Positions 27,568-40,682 are shown, numbered from the stretch's first letter. The stretch: DNA of 64,000 nt from Mobula hypostoma (GCF_963921235.1 NC_086097.1:214088001-214152000), one strand, 5' to 3'. Made by a program: numbers and translations. Notes: generated from the letters alone by a model not told the origin.

Positions 27568-27940
27568 TGATTCAGATTTATTTATCACATGCATGTTGAA
27601 ACATACAGTGAAATGCATCATTTGTATAACATCCAACACAGCCATGGATGTACTGGGGCAGCCCACAAGTATTGCCACACATAGCATGCTCAGCAGAACA
27701 ACACAGAACACAACAAGCAACAAAATAACAAACAAGCCCCTTTCTGCTCTCCCACCGTCCCTCCTAGCCACAGACATGGATAGTCCTCCAAATCCTGTCT
27801 GACTGATCAGTCCTTGTGCCTTCTGATCGCACAAACATCTGATCCTGGGACAGTCCAATATCCACAGATGTTCTTTGTCACCTTCGAGCATGGAGTGGAA
27901 ACCTAGACCGCGGACGTCCTTTGTCCCATGTCCACATCTA
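27568..27940 (-). mobile_element. Non-coding SINE-like retroposon
   Basis: ATAAATAAATCTGAATC tail on the minus strand; interrupts the CR1. Confidence 0.55.
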
Positions 27941-28828
27941 GAGGCATATATATAACTACCATCAGGGTCATTTCACTCTTGCAGCTTCTTAACCATACAC
28001 AAAAGAATTCTACATCTTCTGATTCTATGTCACGGATTTGATTTCACTTTTTACCAACAATGCCACTGCATCCCCTCTGCTCACCTTTCTATCCTTTAGA
28101 AATTATATATATCCTTGGATGCTAAGCTCTCAGCTGAGATCTTTCAGCCATGACTGAGTGATGCCCTCAAAGTCATACTTGCCAATTTCTAACTGTGCTA
28201 CAAGATCATCTACTTTAGTTTGTATACTGCGTACTTTCAAGTATAACACCTTCAACCTTGTATTCATCACCCTTTTCAATCATGTCTCCATGTTACCCGA
28301 AGTTCATTTCTTATCCCTTTCTAACCTACTTGTCTTTTTTATTATTCTGGAGTCTTCCATACCCTTTCCTGCACTCTCCTTCCCTTTTATTTTATCCTTA
28401 CTTTTCCAAGCTGTTGAACCCACCCCTCTGCTATTTAATTTAAAGCCCTATCCACAGCCCTAGTAATATGATTCGCCAGGATTCCTGTCCGAGCATGGTT
28501 CAGGTGGAGCCCGACCCTTTGGGGCAGCTCCCTCCTTCCTCAGTATTGGTGCCAATGTCACATGAATTCAAAACCACGTCTCCTACACTGATCTTTGGCA
28601 TGCATTTAGCTCTCTGATCTCATTAACCCTGTGCCAATTTGCACATGTCTCAGGTAATAATCCAGAGATGACCAATTTCTTGATTCTACTTTTTAATTTA
28701 ATCAGTAGCTGCTCAAATTCCCTCAGCCGATTTGTTGGACAAGCTCAAGGGCCGAGGCTCTTTCAGCACTACCTCATGGATCCCCCTACCTGTAGTCACA
28801 CCCTCGTGGCCCTGGCAACAGACCAAAT

Positions 28829-29372
28829 GTGGACAATTCTGATTTGATGGAGACAGACATGAGAAGCAGAGGAACATCTAGAGAAATTTCTGAAATGCCT
28901 GGTTTCGCTGCCGTGGTTACTGCGCGATCGAGAATCTCCTGAGGGAAGGCCCCAAAATCCCCGGCTTTGCCTGCTACTGGTGACTGAGGCTGAGGTCGAA
29001 GTGTTCGAATAGAGATGGTGCTTGGTACTCGGTGTCGGAGGGCTGATCAGAGCTCGAAGTTTTTGGATGACTCAGAGTTGGACTGTGGTCAGGCATGGCA
29101 GGGAGAGTTTTCTTCCTTCTCCCGTCTGCGTGAGATGTGGGACTTTCGAGAGACTTTGGACTTTTTTACTGTGCCATGGACTGTTCTTCATTAAGTTATG
29201 GTATTGTTGCACTGTTGTAACTATATGTTATAATTATGTGGTTTTGTTAGTTTTTCAGTCTTGGTCTGTCCTATGTTTCTGTGATATCACACCGGAGGAA
29301 TATTGTATCATTTCTTAATGCATACATTACTAAATGACAATAAAAGAGGACTGCGTGTCCTCATAATCTAAA
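28829..29372 (+). mobile_element. Non-coding SINE-like retroposon
   Basis: CpG-retaining body, CAATAAA and AATCTAA tail; CR1 host resumes on both sides. Confidence 0.6.
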
Positions 29373-30564
29373 AAAATTTGAAGTAGATCATCTATTGTGT
29401 GTGATTGCCTCCTGAAACACAGCATCCAGGTAACACTCTCTCCTCCCTGATGCATCATAGTGTTTGAAGCTCAGATTCCAGATCATCAACTTCGAGCCTG
29501 AGTTCCTCAAGCAACCAACACTGCTGCCGATGTGGTCACCAGGAACCACAATGGGGTCCACCAGCTCCTACGTGATGCAGCTACAACATATCACGTGATC
29601 CTCTAACTTGTTACAATTTGTTATAATTTTATATCTTTTTTTAGTTACACAAAACTAATAGTATATTTGAAAAAAAACCTGTTCTTACCTGCTACTCACC
29701 TGTGCCTCCTTGCCGAAGCCTCTCAAATAAAGCCTCTGATCCTAGACTCCTGCACAGGCCCACTCACACAACAAAAGCAATTACCCAACCCCATCCCTAA
29801 CTCTCTTTCAGTACTGGGAATGGTGAATGGCAAGCTAGCCAATGTGTTGCTGAGTCCACAATAACTTCTTGACTACAGTAATTATGCCTTCACCCTGTTT
29901 TTAATTATTCCCCCAAGTCTTTCTTTCCCTCTTTCTGTCCTTTTAAAATGCATTTTAAGACCTTTCTCTCTGAACAATCTTTTGGTCATTTCTCCTCAAT
30001 CTTTCCTTCTTGCCAAAAATGCTTTTACTAGATTTTAACAATAAATACCCCAAGAAATTAAGAGGTATATTAATACAAATTGTTTTGATACCAGACATCC
30101 CAGCTTGGTTAAGAAAATGAAAGGCACTACGAATCTTTGCACTCATTAATCTTTCAGGTTCGAGGCCCTTCAAATTACAATATGTACTTTTTTGTAAGTA
30201 TGAAACACAAGACATAGCCTCCAGATTTCACTGAATATCACTGTCAGTCACTAAGGAGAAATATTTAAAAAACTACATCGCCTGCTTACGTTTGTAGTAA
30301 GTAGCAGTGGCTAATGCACCATCATGGGTTTGAATATTAAGTATATTTCAGTTCCGATGTACGGAATGTCACTAGACTTAAAGATAGTGAAGGAGACCAG
30401 AAATGCCTGCTCCCATCTTTCAGTGTAATGCAAATATCCACTCTGCAGATTTCCGGAAAGCACTGCAGCTAGCCAATTCAATGCGTAGGATAGCAATTAT
30501 AACATGTATATAATTAGGATTAAAATTAAGGTGAGGACCTATTATGGTCAATACCTACACTCAT

Positions 30565-31389
30565 ATAGATAGATAGATAGATAGATATACTTTATTAATC
30601 CCGAGGGAAATTTGGTTTCATTACAGCTGCATCAACCAAGAATAGAGCGTAAATATAGCAATACAAAAAACCCCAACAATCAAACAACAAAATGCAAACT
30701 ATGCCAGATGGAAAATAAGTCCAGGACCAGTCTATTGGCTCAGGGTGTCTGACCCTCCATGGGATGAGCTGCACGTTCGATGGCCACAGGCAGGAACGAC
30801 CTCCTGTGCCGCCAAGTGTTGTATCACGGTGGAATGTGGCCGAAGTCCAACAGTAAAAAGTTCCATATCCAGTCTGCAAACATGTTCCTCGATCGTAATA
30901 TACCCCGGACTGCACCATCCGTTGTTAACGAGATCAGTAAGCACTCTGCTCCTTTGCGCTTACTGCTCTCAGTGCACTTCCGGTCAGCCGGAACGGTATT
31001 ACCCACCGAACTCCTCTTCTCCAAAAGTCTCTGTTGTCTCGACCTGGTCCTCTTTCCTCGGCTTTGTGATCCCCCTCTGCATCCTCTGTGTGTTTTCCTC
31101 CGGATTTCAGCAGGGGTATCCGCCGCTCTGTTCGCTAAGCTGGCCAGTATTTGCTGGTCCGTGGAATACACACTGCGACCTTGCTTCAGTCCCGCGTGTT
31201 GGGATGTAACCATTTCCAACGCCAAAGAAAACCCAAATAAAACTCTCTCTACCAACATGTTACAGAGGGTGCAGCTTCGACATGTTACGGTGAGAGAAAA
31301 AAAAAATACAAAACATAATGTAAATTAGAAAGTAAGAATAGATCGGAACGGCTGTACCAGGCTGCATGCACGACCGGCGCATGCGCACT
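30565..31389 (-). mobile_element. Internally deleted non-autonomous Rex1/Babar-like element, copy 1
   Basis: Colinear with 49423-50233; (TATC)n tail; 3' end shared with the LINE fragment at 35453-35935. Confidence 0.8.
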
Positions 31390-32414
31390 AGGAATGAAAT
31401 AACAGCAATGTAATAAATTATCAAAAATTGTAGGAATATGAATTGAGCCTTAAAATGGAAGACAAAGGAGTGATGGATTGAAAGGGGGTCAATTTGCTTT
31501 TCAACTACATTTTTAATTTATTAATAATAAATCCATACAGTGGCACCAAAGGATGAGAAAGAGGTAGCCCCATTGCTCATATTATTGTATTTCCTCATGA
31601 CTTAGAAGCTGGCCATTCAGCCTATTGAGTCTTCACTGGCTCTTGGAGCAATCATGTCATTCCCATTTCTTAGGCCTTTCCTGTAACCTATCCTCTCTCT
31701 TATGCCCACCTACTTCCTCTGTTCTCCTGTCACCGAACTATGCAAAAGACCACTAACCTACCAATTAATACTTGAAATTAAAAATCTAAAAATAACTGCA
31801 TTTATTCAAATATCATAAACCAATTAAATGCATGACAGAGAGAAAGCAAATGAGAAACCATTAGAGATTAGATGGGTGAATATTGATAAAAGGAAGGAAC
31901 ACTGGGTTAAGGAAAATAAGAAAATGCATGAGATATAACCAGTAGAAGAGGTTTCTAACTTACTCAAGAAATTGTGTTTTTTTAAAATTATACAATAGGG
32001 TTTAGGACCCAAACCTAGTTTGCTGAAATAGGCTGGAATATCATGGAGAGACCAAGCAACTCTGTGATTATAACACTATAAATGGGATAGATACATGCCT
32101 TCTGTGAAATTGGCACATCTATAGTCAAAAATATCCATAAAATATTGCTGAACATCAAGCGACTTTCTTGAGTGCAGTCCTCAACAAAAGGGCTGTCAAA
32201 AAACATTCAATAAAGACATCGTGCAAGATTCATTGAAAGACAATCTGGTCAAGTAACACAGTACTTTCCTGAATTGTGTTTCTTTTTTTGATTAAGACAT
32301 TTATCAGTTATGGCGCAAGGATAACGGAATAAACTGATTCTGGAACTTGTCCTCAGCAAATTGAATTACACTTGGAATCCTTTTAAAATCTAAAAAGGAT
32401 TGCAAGTGTAATCG

Positions 32415-34145
32415 AGGCATAACTGCGCAAGCGCGTGGACATCAGCTAGTTAGAACAGCAAGAAGTGTTTAAAAAGAAGACAGCTTTATAGAGTGGGTGC
32501 CAGAGGAGCGGGCGGTGGAGTAGAGGGAGTCAGAATAGGAGGGCTTAGGCGATAATGGGTCGAGGTGAGGTCAGTTACTTGTGAGGAATAGAAACAGGAA
32601 GTATGAGTGTGAGGTCACTGTTTTGTACTGGGTGTCAGATGTGGGAAGTCCGGAAGACTCCCAGCCTCCCAGACAGCCACATCTGCACCAGGTGCGTCAA
32701 GTTGCGACTCCTTAGGGACCGCATTAGGGAAATGGAGATGCAGCTCGATGACCTTTGTCTGGTCAGGGAGAGTGAGAAGGTGATAGATAGGAGCTATAGG
32801 CAGGTAGTCGCACTGGTGCCTTGGGAGACAGACAAGTGGGTAACAGTCAGGAGAGAGAAGGGCAAGAGTCAGATAGTAGACGGTACCCCTGTGGCTGTTC
32901 CCCTTAATCCTGATTGAATTTTTTGAGCATGTGACTAAACACATTGATGAAGGTAGAACAATAGATGTAGCATATATGGATTTCAGCAAGGCATTTGACA
33001 AGGTACCCCATGCAAGGCTTATTGAGAAAATAAGAAGGCATGGGATCCAAGGGGACATTGCTTTGTGGATCCAGAACTGTCTTGCCACAGAAGGCAAAGA
33101 GTGGTTGTAGACGGGTCATACTCTGCATGGAGGTCAGTGACCAGTGATGTGCATCAGGGATCTGTTCTGGGACCCCTTCTCTTTGTGATTTTTATAAATG
33201 ACCTGGATGAGGAAGTGGAGGGATGAGTTAATAAATTTGCTGATGACGTAAAGGTTGGAGGTGTTGTGGATAGTGTGGAGGGCTGGCAGAGGTTACTGTG
33301 GGACATTGATAGGATGCAAAACTGGGCTGAGAAGTGGCAGATGGTGTTCAACCCAGATAAGTGTGAGGTGATTCATTCTGGTAGATCAAATATGATGACA
33401 GAATATAGTATTAATGGTAAGACTCCTGGCAGTGTGGAGGATCAGAGGGATCTTGGGTTCCCAGTCCATAGGACACTCAAAGCTGCTGCGCAGGTTGACT
33501 CTGTGCTTAAGAAGGCATATGGTGCATTGGTTTTCATCAACCGTGGAATTGAGTTTAGGAGCTGAGAGGTAATGTTGCAGCTATATAGGACCCTGGTCAG
33601 ACCCCACTTGGAGTACTGTGCTCAATTCTGGTCGCCTCACTACAGGAAGGATGTGGAAACCATAGAAAGGCTGAAGAGGAGATTTATAAGGATGTTGCCT
33701 GGCTTGGGGAGCATGTCTTATGAGAATAGGTTGTGTGAACTCGGCCTTTTCTCCTTGGAGTTACAGAGGATGAGAGGTGACCTGATAGAGGTGTATAAGA
33801 TGATGAGAGGCATTGATCGTGTGGATAGTCAGAGGTTTTTTCCCAGGACTGAAATGGCTAACACGAGAGGGCACAGTTTTATGGTGCTTGGAAGGAGGTA
33901 CAGAGTAGATGTTAGGGGTAAGTTTTTTTTATGCAGAGAGTGGTGAGTGCGTGGAATGGCCTGCTGGTGATGGAGGCAGATACAATAGGGTCTTTTAAGA
34001 GACCCCTGGATAGGTACATGGAGCTTAGAAAAATAGAGGGCTATGGGTCACCCTAGGTAATTTCTAAAATACGTACATGTTCGGCACAGCATTGTGGGCT
34101 GAAGGGCCTGTATTGTGCTGTAGGTTTTCTATGTGCTATGTTCTA
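32415..34145 (+). mobile_element. CR1 LINE with 5'UTR and ORF1 N-terminus fused by deletion to mid-RT
   Basis: ORF1 CTGC...CTRC zinc finger plus leucine zipper (32603-); jumps at ~32907 to LIEFFE..MDFSKAFDKVPH; FADD; (TTCTATGT)n-like tail. Confidence 0.9.
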
Positions 34146-35019
34146 AAATTCAGGATATATTAACTAAGCTACTTCCAAAGATATTATTCTGCTGCCACTA
34201 TTACCACAGTTAGCATCCTATTAAAGTCCAGGACCAAACCCTGTGGAAATTTACAAGTAAGAGTCTATCAATCTAAAAATGACTGATTTGTTTATCCTTT
34301 AATTCTTCCTTTCCCTATTCTGCCCTTTCCCCCAGCCTCATGAGCTATTCTTTAATTATGTTCAACAATTTATGCTGCTCCTTATCAAATGTCTTTGAAT
34401 GGCTGGATTCACAGCAACCACCAGATTTTCTTTTTAAAAAGTGTACTCTGTTAGAGATGCAGCATCAAAAAATAGATCTGGCAAACATGATTTTTGTACT
34501 GTAAAACCATGTTGCTTCAAATTAACCATATTAGGATTTACTATGTACCCTTGGTGTTTGCAATGATGGATTCAACAGTTTGCTGACAGCGGATATCAGG
34601 GTAACTGTTTGATCATTTTACCTTTCCTATTTTGTAAACTGTAATGTTATACTTGCTTCCTTTCCATCTGCTAGCCCTGTATTAAAAAAGCAATATCTGA
34701 AGACCAACCACAATGCAGTTGATCTAAAAGGATAATGAATATCTGCCAGTGATATTAAAGATGGGAGTTGGAGAGAATAAAAGCCTTAAAAAGTATGAGG
34801 ATTATTGTGCATAAAGATTTGTTAATATAGTATAGTCTGAACAATACATCAACAAAACAAAATACAGTTGACTTGGAAGGACCAATTATTTACTAAGTGG
34901 TTATGTCTATATACAACTCAGTGGACAGTACTCTTGTTCAAGTCAAAAGATAATGAATTCACTTCTACCCCAGATTCTTACAAGAACGTCACTTCAAGAA
35001 ACGACTACGGTTGTTTCTC

Positions 35020-35235
35020 TAAGATTGCCTCTGCTCTCTTTTTGATAGGATTTAAAATGAGGCATTTCTGCTCCAAAGTGGATGTAAAAGATCCAAAGCA
35101 CTAATTTGAAGAACAGGATGAAGCTCTCCTCGATATCCTGGCCCCCCCCAAAAAAAGTATCAAATAATGACTTGAGGGTGCTTACCTTCTACAAATTGGT
35201 TTCTACGTCCCATACATTTTAACATAAAAACTACT
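35020..35235 (+). mobile_element. Deu-domain SINE remnant (SacSINE/AmnSINE-like)
   Basis: GTGGATGTAAAAGATCCAAAGCACTAATTTGAAGAACAGG...CTCTCCTCGATATCCTGGCC resembles the Deu core as recalled. Confidence 0.6.
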
Positions 35236-35345
35236 TCACTGACTGTGAATTATTATGAGATGACACAAGGCAGCGAAAGACATTGCATAAGTACGGGACT
35301 TTATTTCCCCTCCCACCCCACCCACAAAAAACAGTTCTTGCTTAC

Positions 35346-35381
35346 CTGGTTCATCTATAATTGTTTCCTCTTTTGACTCGC
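35346..35381 (-). CDS. ASPH: 36-nt phase 1-1 exon (G)ESKEETIIDEP, last shared exon found
   Basis: T-rich tract ending ttctattag|GCGAG...CCAG|gtaagc. Confidence 0.82.
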
Positions 35382-35452
35382 CTAATAGAAAAAAAAGAAG
35401 CACATATATATAAACTGTGAAGTGCATAAACAGGTATAAACAAAAACTCAGT

Positions 35453-35935
35453 TGTAACACTGGTTTGCTGTTGTGTGCTGGGGCAGCAGGCTGAGGGTAG
35501 CAGACACCAACAGAATCAACAAACCCATTCGTAAGGCCAGTGATGTTGTGGGGATGGAACTGGACTCTCTGATGGTGGTGTCTGAAAAGAGGATGCTGTC
35601 CAAGTTGCATGCCATCTTGGACAATGTCTCCCATCCACTACATAATGTACTGGTTGGGCACAGGAGTACATTCAGCCAGAGACTCATTCCACCGAGATGC
35701 AACACAAAGCGTCATAGGAAGTCATTCCTGCCTGTGGCCATCAAACGTTACAACTCCTCCCCTGGAGGGTCAGACACCCTGAGCCAATAGGTTGGTCCTA
35801 GACTTATTTCCTGGCATAATTTACATATTACTATTTAACTATTTATGGTTTTATTACTATTTATTATTTGTGGTGCAACTGTAACGAAAAACCAATTTCT
35901 CCCGGGATCAATAAAGTATGACTATGACTATGACT
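35453..35935 (+). mobile_element. Rex1/Babar-like LINE 3' fragment
   Basis: DNVSHPLH and RHRKSFLPVAIK motifs; (TATGAC)n tail. Confidence 0.85.
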
Positions 35936-36173
35936 AAATCAGATTTCAAGAACAGAGCATCCACGAGACAGCACCTGATAGCAATGCTGTTAAAACTAGG
36001 TTTGTGGAGAATTACAGATGCAACCTGGGGAATCAAATTTAACAGAACAAATGTCAAAGATGACTCCCAGTACCTTGAGTCTAACCGAAGAGCATGATGA
36101 TATAAAGGATGCTTTAGGAAAAAAAATTGATAGAAAAATAGGTCGTGAAATTGCCATCAGATTCCTGACTAAC

Positions 36174-36245
36174 CTGTTATTTCCTGATGGTCAGACTCTA
36201 AGGATTCTCTCACTTCTTGGCGATCTTCTGAGTAATCCACATGCT
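36174..36245 (-). CDS. ASPH: 72-nt phase 1-1 exon (E)HVDYSEDRQEVRESLESDHQEIT
   Basis: ttttttgtcactgcag|AGCAT...AACAG|gttagt; open acidic frame. Confidence 0.8.
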
Positions 36246-36829
36246 CTGCAGTGACAAAAAAAATACAAAGAAAGCAATCAATCATTTTAAACAAAGTCTG
36301 TGATTTCAATCTTGGAACTGGAATCATCATCCTGCCTCAGCGTTGCCACTTAATGTAAATGATGGCCTTTAAACCAAAACTCAGGTGCTACGCAGAAAGA
36401 GCAGGATAACTCATTGGTATTGCGCCACAGAGTGGTTCAAAATAGATCTGCATTTAACAACACTTACATACTTTCTCTTTTTTACACTCAAATTACGGTA
36501 GTTAAACCTGATTCTGTCAACATTTTTTGTTAAATTTTGTTTTCAGGATCTGGGATTTACTGTAAAGCTCACATTTATTGTCCATGGAGAAACTGGTGGC
36601 TGGCCAGCTGCCTTCCTGAAATGCAGACTTTCTAGTGAAGGTAGCCCCACACTGCAGCCAGGTAAGTTCCGGAATATAGGATCAATGATGAAAGACTATC
36701 GACACAATTTCAAATCAAGACGGCATGCGACTTATAGAAGAATGAAACGGTGATGATGTTCTTATACACCCTTCTTGCTGCCTGGGGTTACTGGTTTGGA
36801 AGTGGCCTCAGTATGCAAATTGAACAGTG

Positions 36830-37550
36830 CAGCACAGTAGCATATCCTTCAGCTCTTGACAGCTGTGCCAAAACCAATACCAAATTAAACTAAATTTCTT
36901 CTGCCTGCACATGATCCATATTCCCCCTTCCCCTATCTGAAAGTTTATTAAATGTCACTATCATATCTCTTGCGCTAGACATGGCATCCCATTCCAGGCA
37001 AATGTCCTGCACATCTCCCTTAAACTTTCCTTCTCTCACCTCAAATGCGTGTCTTCTAGTATTTCACATTTCTATCACAGAAAAGAAAACTGGCCATCCT
37101 TCCCTATTTATGCCTCTCAGAATTGTATTGCCATTAAAGATCCTGCCATTAACTATATATTTCCCTTACAACTGATCTCCCAATGTACAGCACCACACAC
37201 TTGGCCTGGATTAAACTCCATCTGCCATTTCTCCATTCATATCTACAACTGATCTATATACTGCTCTGTCCTTTGACAACCTTTTCACTATCCACACCTA
37301 CCAATCTTTGTGTCATCTGCAAACCATCCAACTACACTTTCATATAATCACAAAAACAAAGATCTCAGTAATGATCCCTACAGAACACCACTGATCAACA
37401 TCCTCCAGCCAGAACAAAACCCTTTCACCACTACCCTCTATCTTCTATAGGTAAGGCAATTCTGAATCCAAACTACCAAATCACTGTGGATCCCATGTAT
37501 CTTAACCCTTTGGATCAGTCTACCATGAAGGAAGGGCCTCGTCAAATGAA
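36830..37550 (-). mobile_element. Degraded CR1 fragment inside an older LINE remnant
   Basis: Reverse-complement FADDTKIG and WQMEFN motifs at ~37210-37325. Confidence 0.7.
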
Positions 37551-38311
37551 AGTAACTGCGATGAAAATTGGAGATGATGCACACTGCAGCCAGTGTGCAC
37601 CAGGGATAAAAGGAAGGAATGTTCAGTCAAGTGGGCTGCTTTATCCTGGATGTGGTTAAGTGTTTGATAGCTATTGGAGTTGCATAAATCCAGTCAAGTC
37701 AAAGAGTCAGACTGCAGGGCTCCAGGTGCAAGGAAGCTAGAAGAGCAGGATATACATTACACCAACCTGCCACTCTACCATGGTATTTATGTGGCTGATC
37801 CAGTTGAGATTCTTATCATTAGTAACCAGCGGGATACTGAAGGTGAAGAAATTACGAACAAAACAAATAATCTGAATGCAGACAAGCAAATACTGGGTTA
37901 TGCAAACATTTACGCCCGCAAAAGTAAATTGAAAACAATAATCTTCTGCAAAGTGCTTAATAAATGAAATTATTAAACTGAGAGCACCATGCTTTATTTT
38001 AGTTTAACACATATGATATAAAGCTATCAAATGTCAGCAATCAAAATTGTGGAAAAAAACTGAATTTCGTGTTTGCCTCTAGATTTCTTGAACGAATAAT
38101 AAATTAGCAATCCTGATTCATTGTTGCATGGTTAAAATTAGTAAGAAAAAACACAAATGCCAAAATTATAACATGGATATCACAATTACTAATCAAATAT
38201 ATAAAAAAGTCAACAGCATTAATTTTTATATTGAGTTAACAAACAATTAAATAAACATAACCTAGACAAGCCACACGCTGCTGTATTTCAGATTGAAATG
38301 AAAACCAATAC

Positions 38312-38356
38312 CTTCTTCAGCTAGATGCTCTTTTGGAGCTTCCGGAGTATCATTCT
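38312..38356 (-). CDS. ASPH: 45-nt phase 1-1 exon (E)NDTPEAPKEHLAEE
   Basis: tcattttctcacag|AGAAT...GAAG|gtattg. Confidence 0.8.
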
Positions 38357-38955
38357 CTGTGAGAAAATGAGGGGTTACATTACTAAGGCAGGCACTTTGA
38401 CAAACGATTGTTAAGTAACAAAGCAAGTAGTGTTTCAGAATCTAAATTACAAATAACTCAATCATTCAAATTTTGAACTGGAGAAATTAGTTTCCTCTCC
38501 TGCTGGAGGAAAACAACCTACACATCGTCCCCTTTGAAAGCAGGTCTAACATGACTTCATAACTCAGGAGTTAGGATAAGAGTTTCTCAGTAGTCACACG
38601 TAGTGAGATTTAAACACATTATCCAAAAACAGTAATTTTGAGATCGTAATGTTGAGTTTTATGAACACTACTGATAAAATTTCAAAGTTCTAAGCTGCAA
38701 GTAAATTTATTATCAAAATACATATACGTCACCCTATACAACTGAGATTCATTTTCTTGCAGGGATTCACGGTAGATACAAAGAAACACCATAGAGTCAA
38801 TGAAAAGAAAACACACCCAAGTCGGATAAACACACCATGTGCAAAAGACAGTAAGTATTGTAATTACAGATAAAAAAAATAAGCAATAAATATCCAGAAC
38901 ATGAGATAAAACGTCCTTGAAGTTGAGTCCAAAGGTTGTGGAAACAGCAGTGTTG

Positions 38956-40048
38956 TGTTACGTGCCAGCAGCCATAGACCACAGACACATATTTTAATGT
39001 TAAACAAATATATTTTCAATACCTACCCAAAATATAGGCAATTAAAACAATTGCTCCCCTAACCAAAAATTATCAGTGCAATGCATCTTAGCTCACAAAC
39101 TTTGGAGGTCTGGAAACAGTTTTCAATCTTACTCAAACAGAGTCCTAGGATGGCAATCCAGAAGGTTCCGGAATCCACGGGAACAGGTACAGGTGTCTGT
39201 GATGAAGAGTTCATAAATCCACATTAAAATGACACAAGGTGACGATCACGGAAAATTCCAGAGGACAAGTGATCGTCATGTAACACATTGAATCCACGCA
39301 GGGATAACGTGGTAAAACTCACAACACGCTGGAGGAACTCAGCAGGTCGGGCAGCATCCATGGAAACGATCAGTCAACGTTTCCAGCCAGAACAATCAAT
39401 CGTTGACTGATCGTTTCCACGGATGCTGCCCGACCTGCTGAGTTCCTCCAGCGTGTTGTGAGTGTTGCTTTGACCCCAGCATCTGCACAGTATTTTATGG
39501 TTAGGGATAACGAGGTGACAGTCACAGAAGATTCCAGAAGTCGAGTGGTCGTCACTTAAATACCAGGGTCCACACAGGGATAACAAAGTGACGCCTAAGT
39601 TCCAAAATCCATGTAGGGATATCACAAGGTGACGGTCACGGAATATTCCTTACCACAAGTGGTCGCCATGTAACACACCTGAATCCCTGTATGGATTAAT
39701 AAAAAGTGGTCACCACAGAGTACTCCAGAAATCTGAGTATGGATCATACAAAGTGACAGTCACATATCCAATATGCACTATGTGCCGCAAATTATCACAA
39801 TCTTCTGGACATGGAGAAATATTGGGAACACCCACTGCTGTAGTGAACTCTTCAACTAACTCAACTCAACGCACTCTCTCACTGGTAACTCACAGTCCAT
39901 TGCATTGCATAGCTGCCGAAATTTTCAGAACCTCCCGAATCAATAGAAAAAGCCTATACTCATTTGTTATATGACACCATCCCCATGCCTCGCCCAGGTG
40001 AACCTAAATGACGCCATCGGTTAATCCAAGCAATGTTGACATGTAACA
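38956..40048. mobile_element. Solo LTR (Gypsy-like) with internal degenerate tandem repeats
   Basis: Termini TGTTAC...GTAACA; 4-bp TSD GTTG at 38952-38955 and 40049-40052. Confidence 0.85.
39317..39502. mobile_element. Penelope-derived inverted-repeat insertion
   Basis: 63-bp arms 39317-39379 and 39401-39463 with one mismatch; AGGGATAACG on both sides (39300-39309, 39503-39512). Confidence 0.85.
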
Positions 40049-40682
40049 GTTGGGGTCAGTGAAGTTATCTCCTCTGGTTCAAGACCCTGATGGTTGAAGA
40101 GTAATAATTGTTCCCGGACCTGCTTGTATGAGTCCTGAGGCTCCTGTACCTCATTCTTGATGGCAGCAGCGAGAGGAGGGCATGGCCTAGATGGTAGGGG
40201 TCCTCGATGATGAATGCTGCTTTCCTGCATCAGCGCTGCATGTAGATGTGCTCAAAGGTGGGGAAGGCTTTACCCATGATGGACTGGGCGGTATCCACTA
40301 CCTTTTATAGGTTTTTCTGTTCAAGGGCATTGGTGTTTCCATTGCAGGCTGTGATGCAACCAGTCAGAATACACTCCACTGCACATCTGTAGAAGTTTGT
40401 CAAAGTTTTAGATAACATGCCAAATCTCCACAAACTTCTAAGAAAACAGAAGTACTGCCGTGCTTTCTTTGTAATGGCACTTACGTGCTGGACCCAAAAC
40501 AGATCCTTTGAAATGATAATGTCAAGGAGTTTAAAGTTGCTGAACCTCTCCATCTCTAATCCCCTGATGAGGACTGTTTATGGACCTCCAGTAGTCGATA
40601 ATTAGCACTTTGGTTTTGCTGACATTGACAGAGAGGTTGTTATCGTTCAGCCACTCAGCCAGATTATCAATCTCCCTCCTAA

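Larger units (their letters stand above)
27100..29760 (-). mobile_element. Degraded CR1 5' half (ORF1/endonuclease region) with two nested insertions
   Basis: Reverse-complement CCSC..ELVD ORF1-like start near 29590 and endonuclease-like MGCFNM segment. Confidence 0.65.

Noticed and set aside
30567..30588. (GATA)n and similar short microsatellites as independent features
   Set aside because: They are the 3' tails of retroposons
30824..31258. 144-aa ORF (and its twin at 49551-49985) as a novel host gene
   Set aside because: Lies wholly in a dispersed repeat with a microsatellite tail, and the twins differ at many amino-acid positions
39170..39765. Repeat array resembling CRISPR or iterons
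   Set aside because: Degenerate tandem repeats internal to a solo LTR
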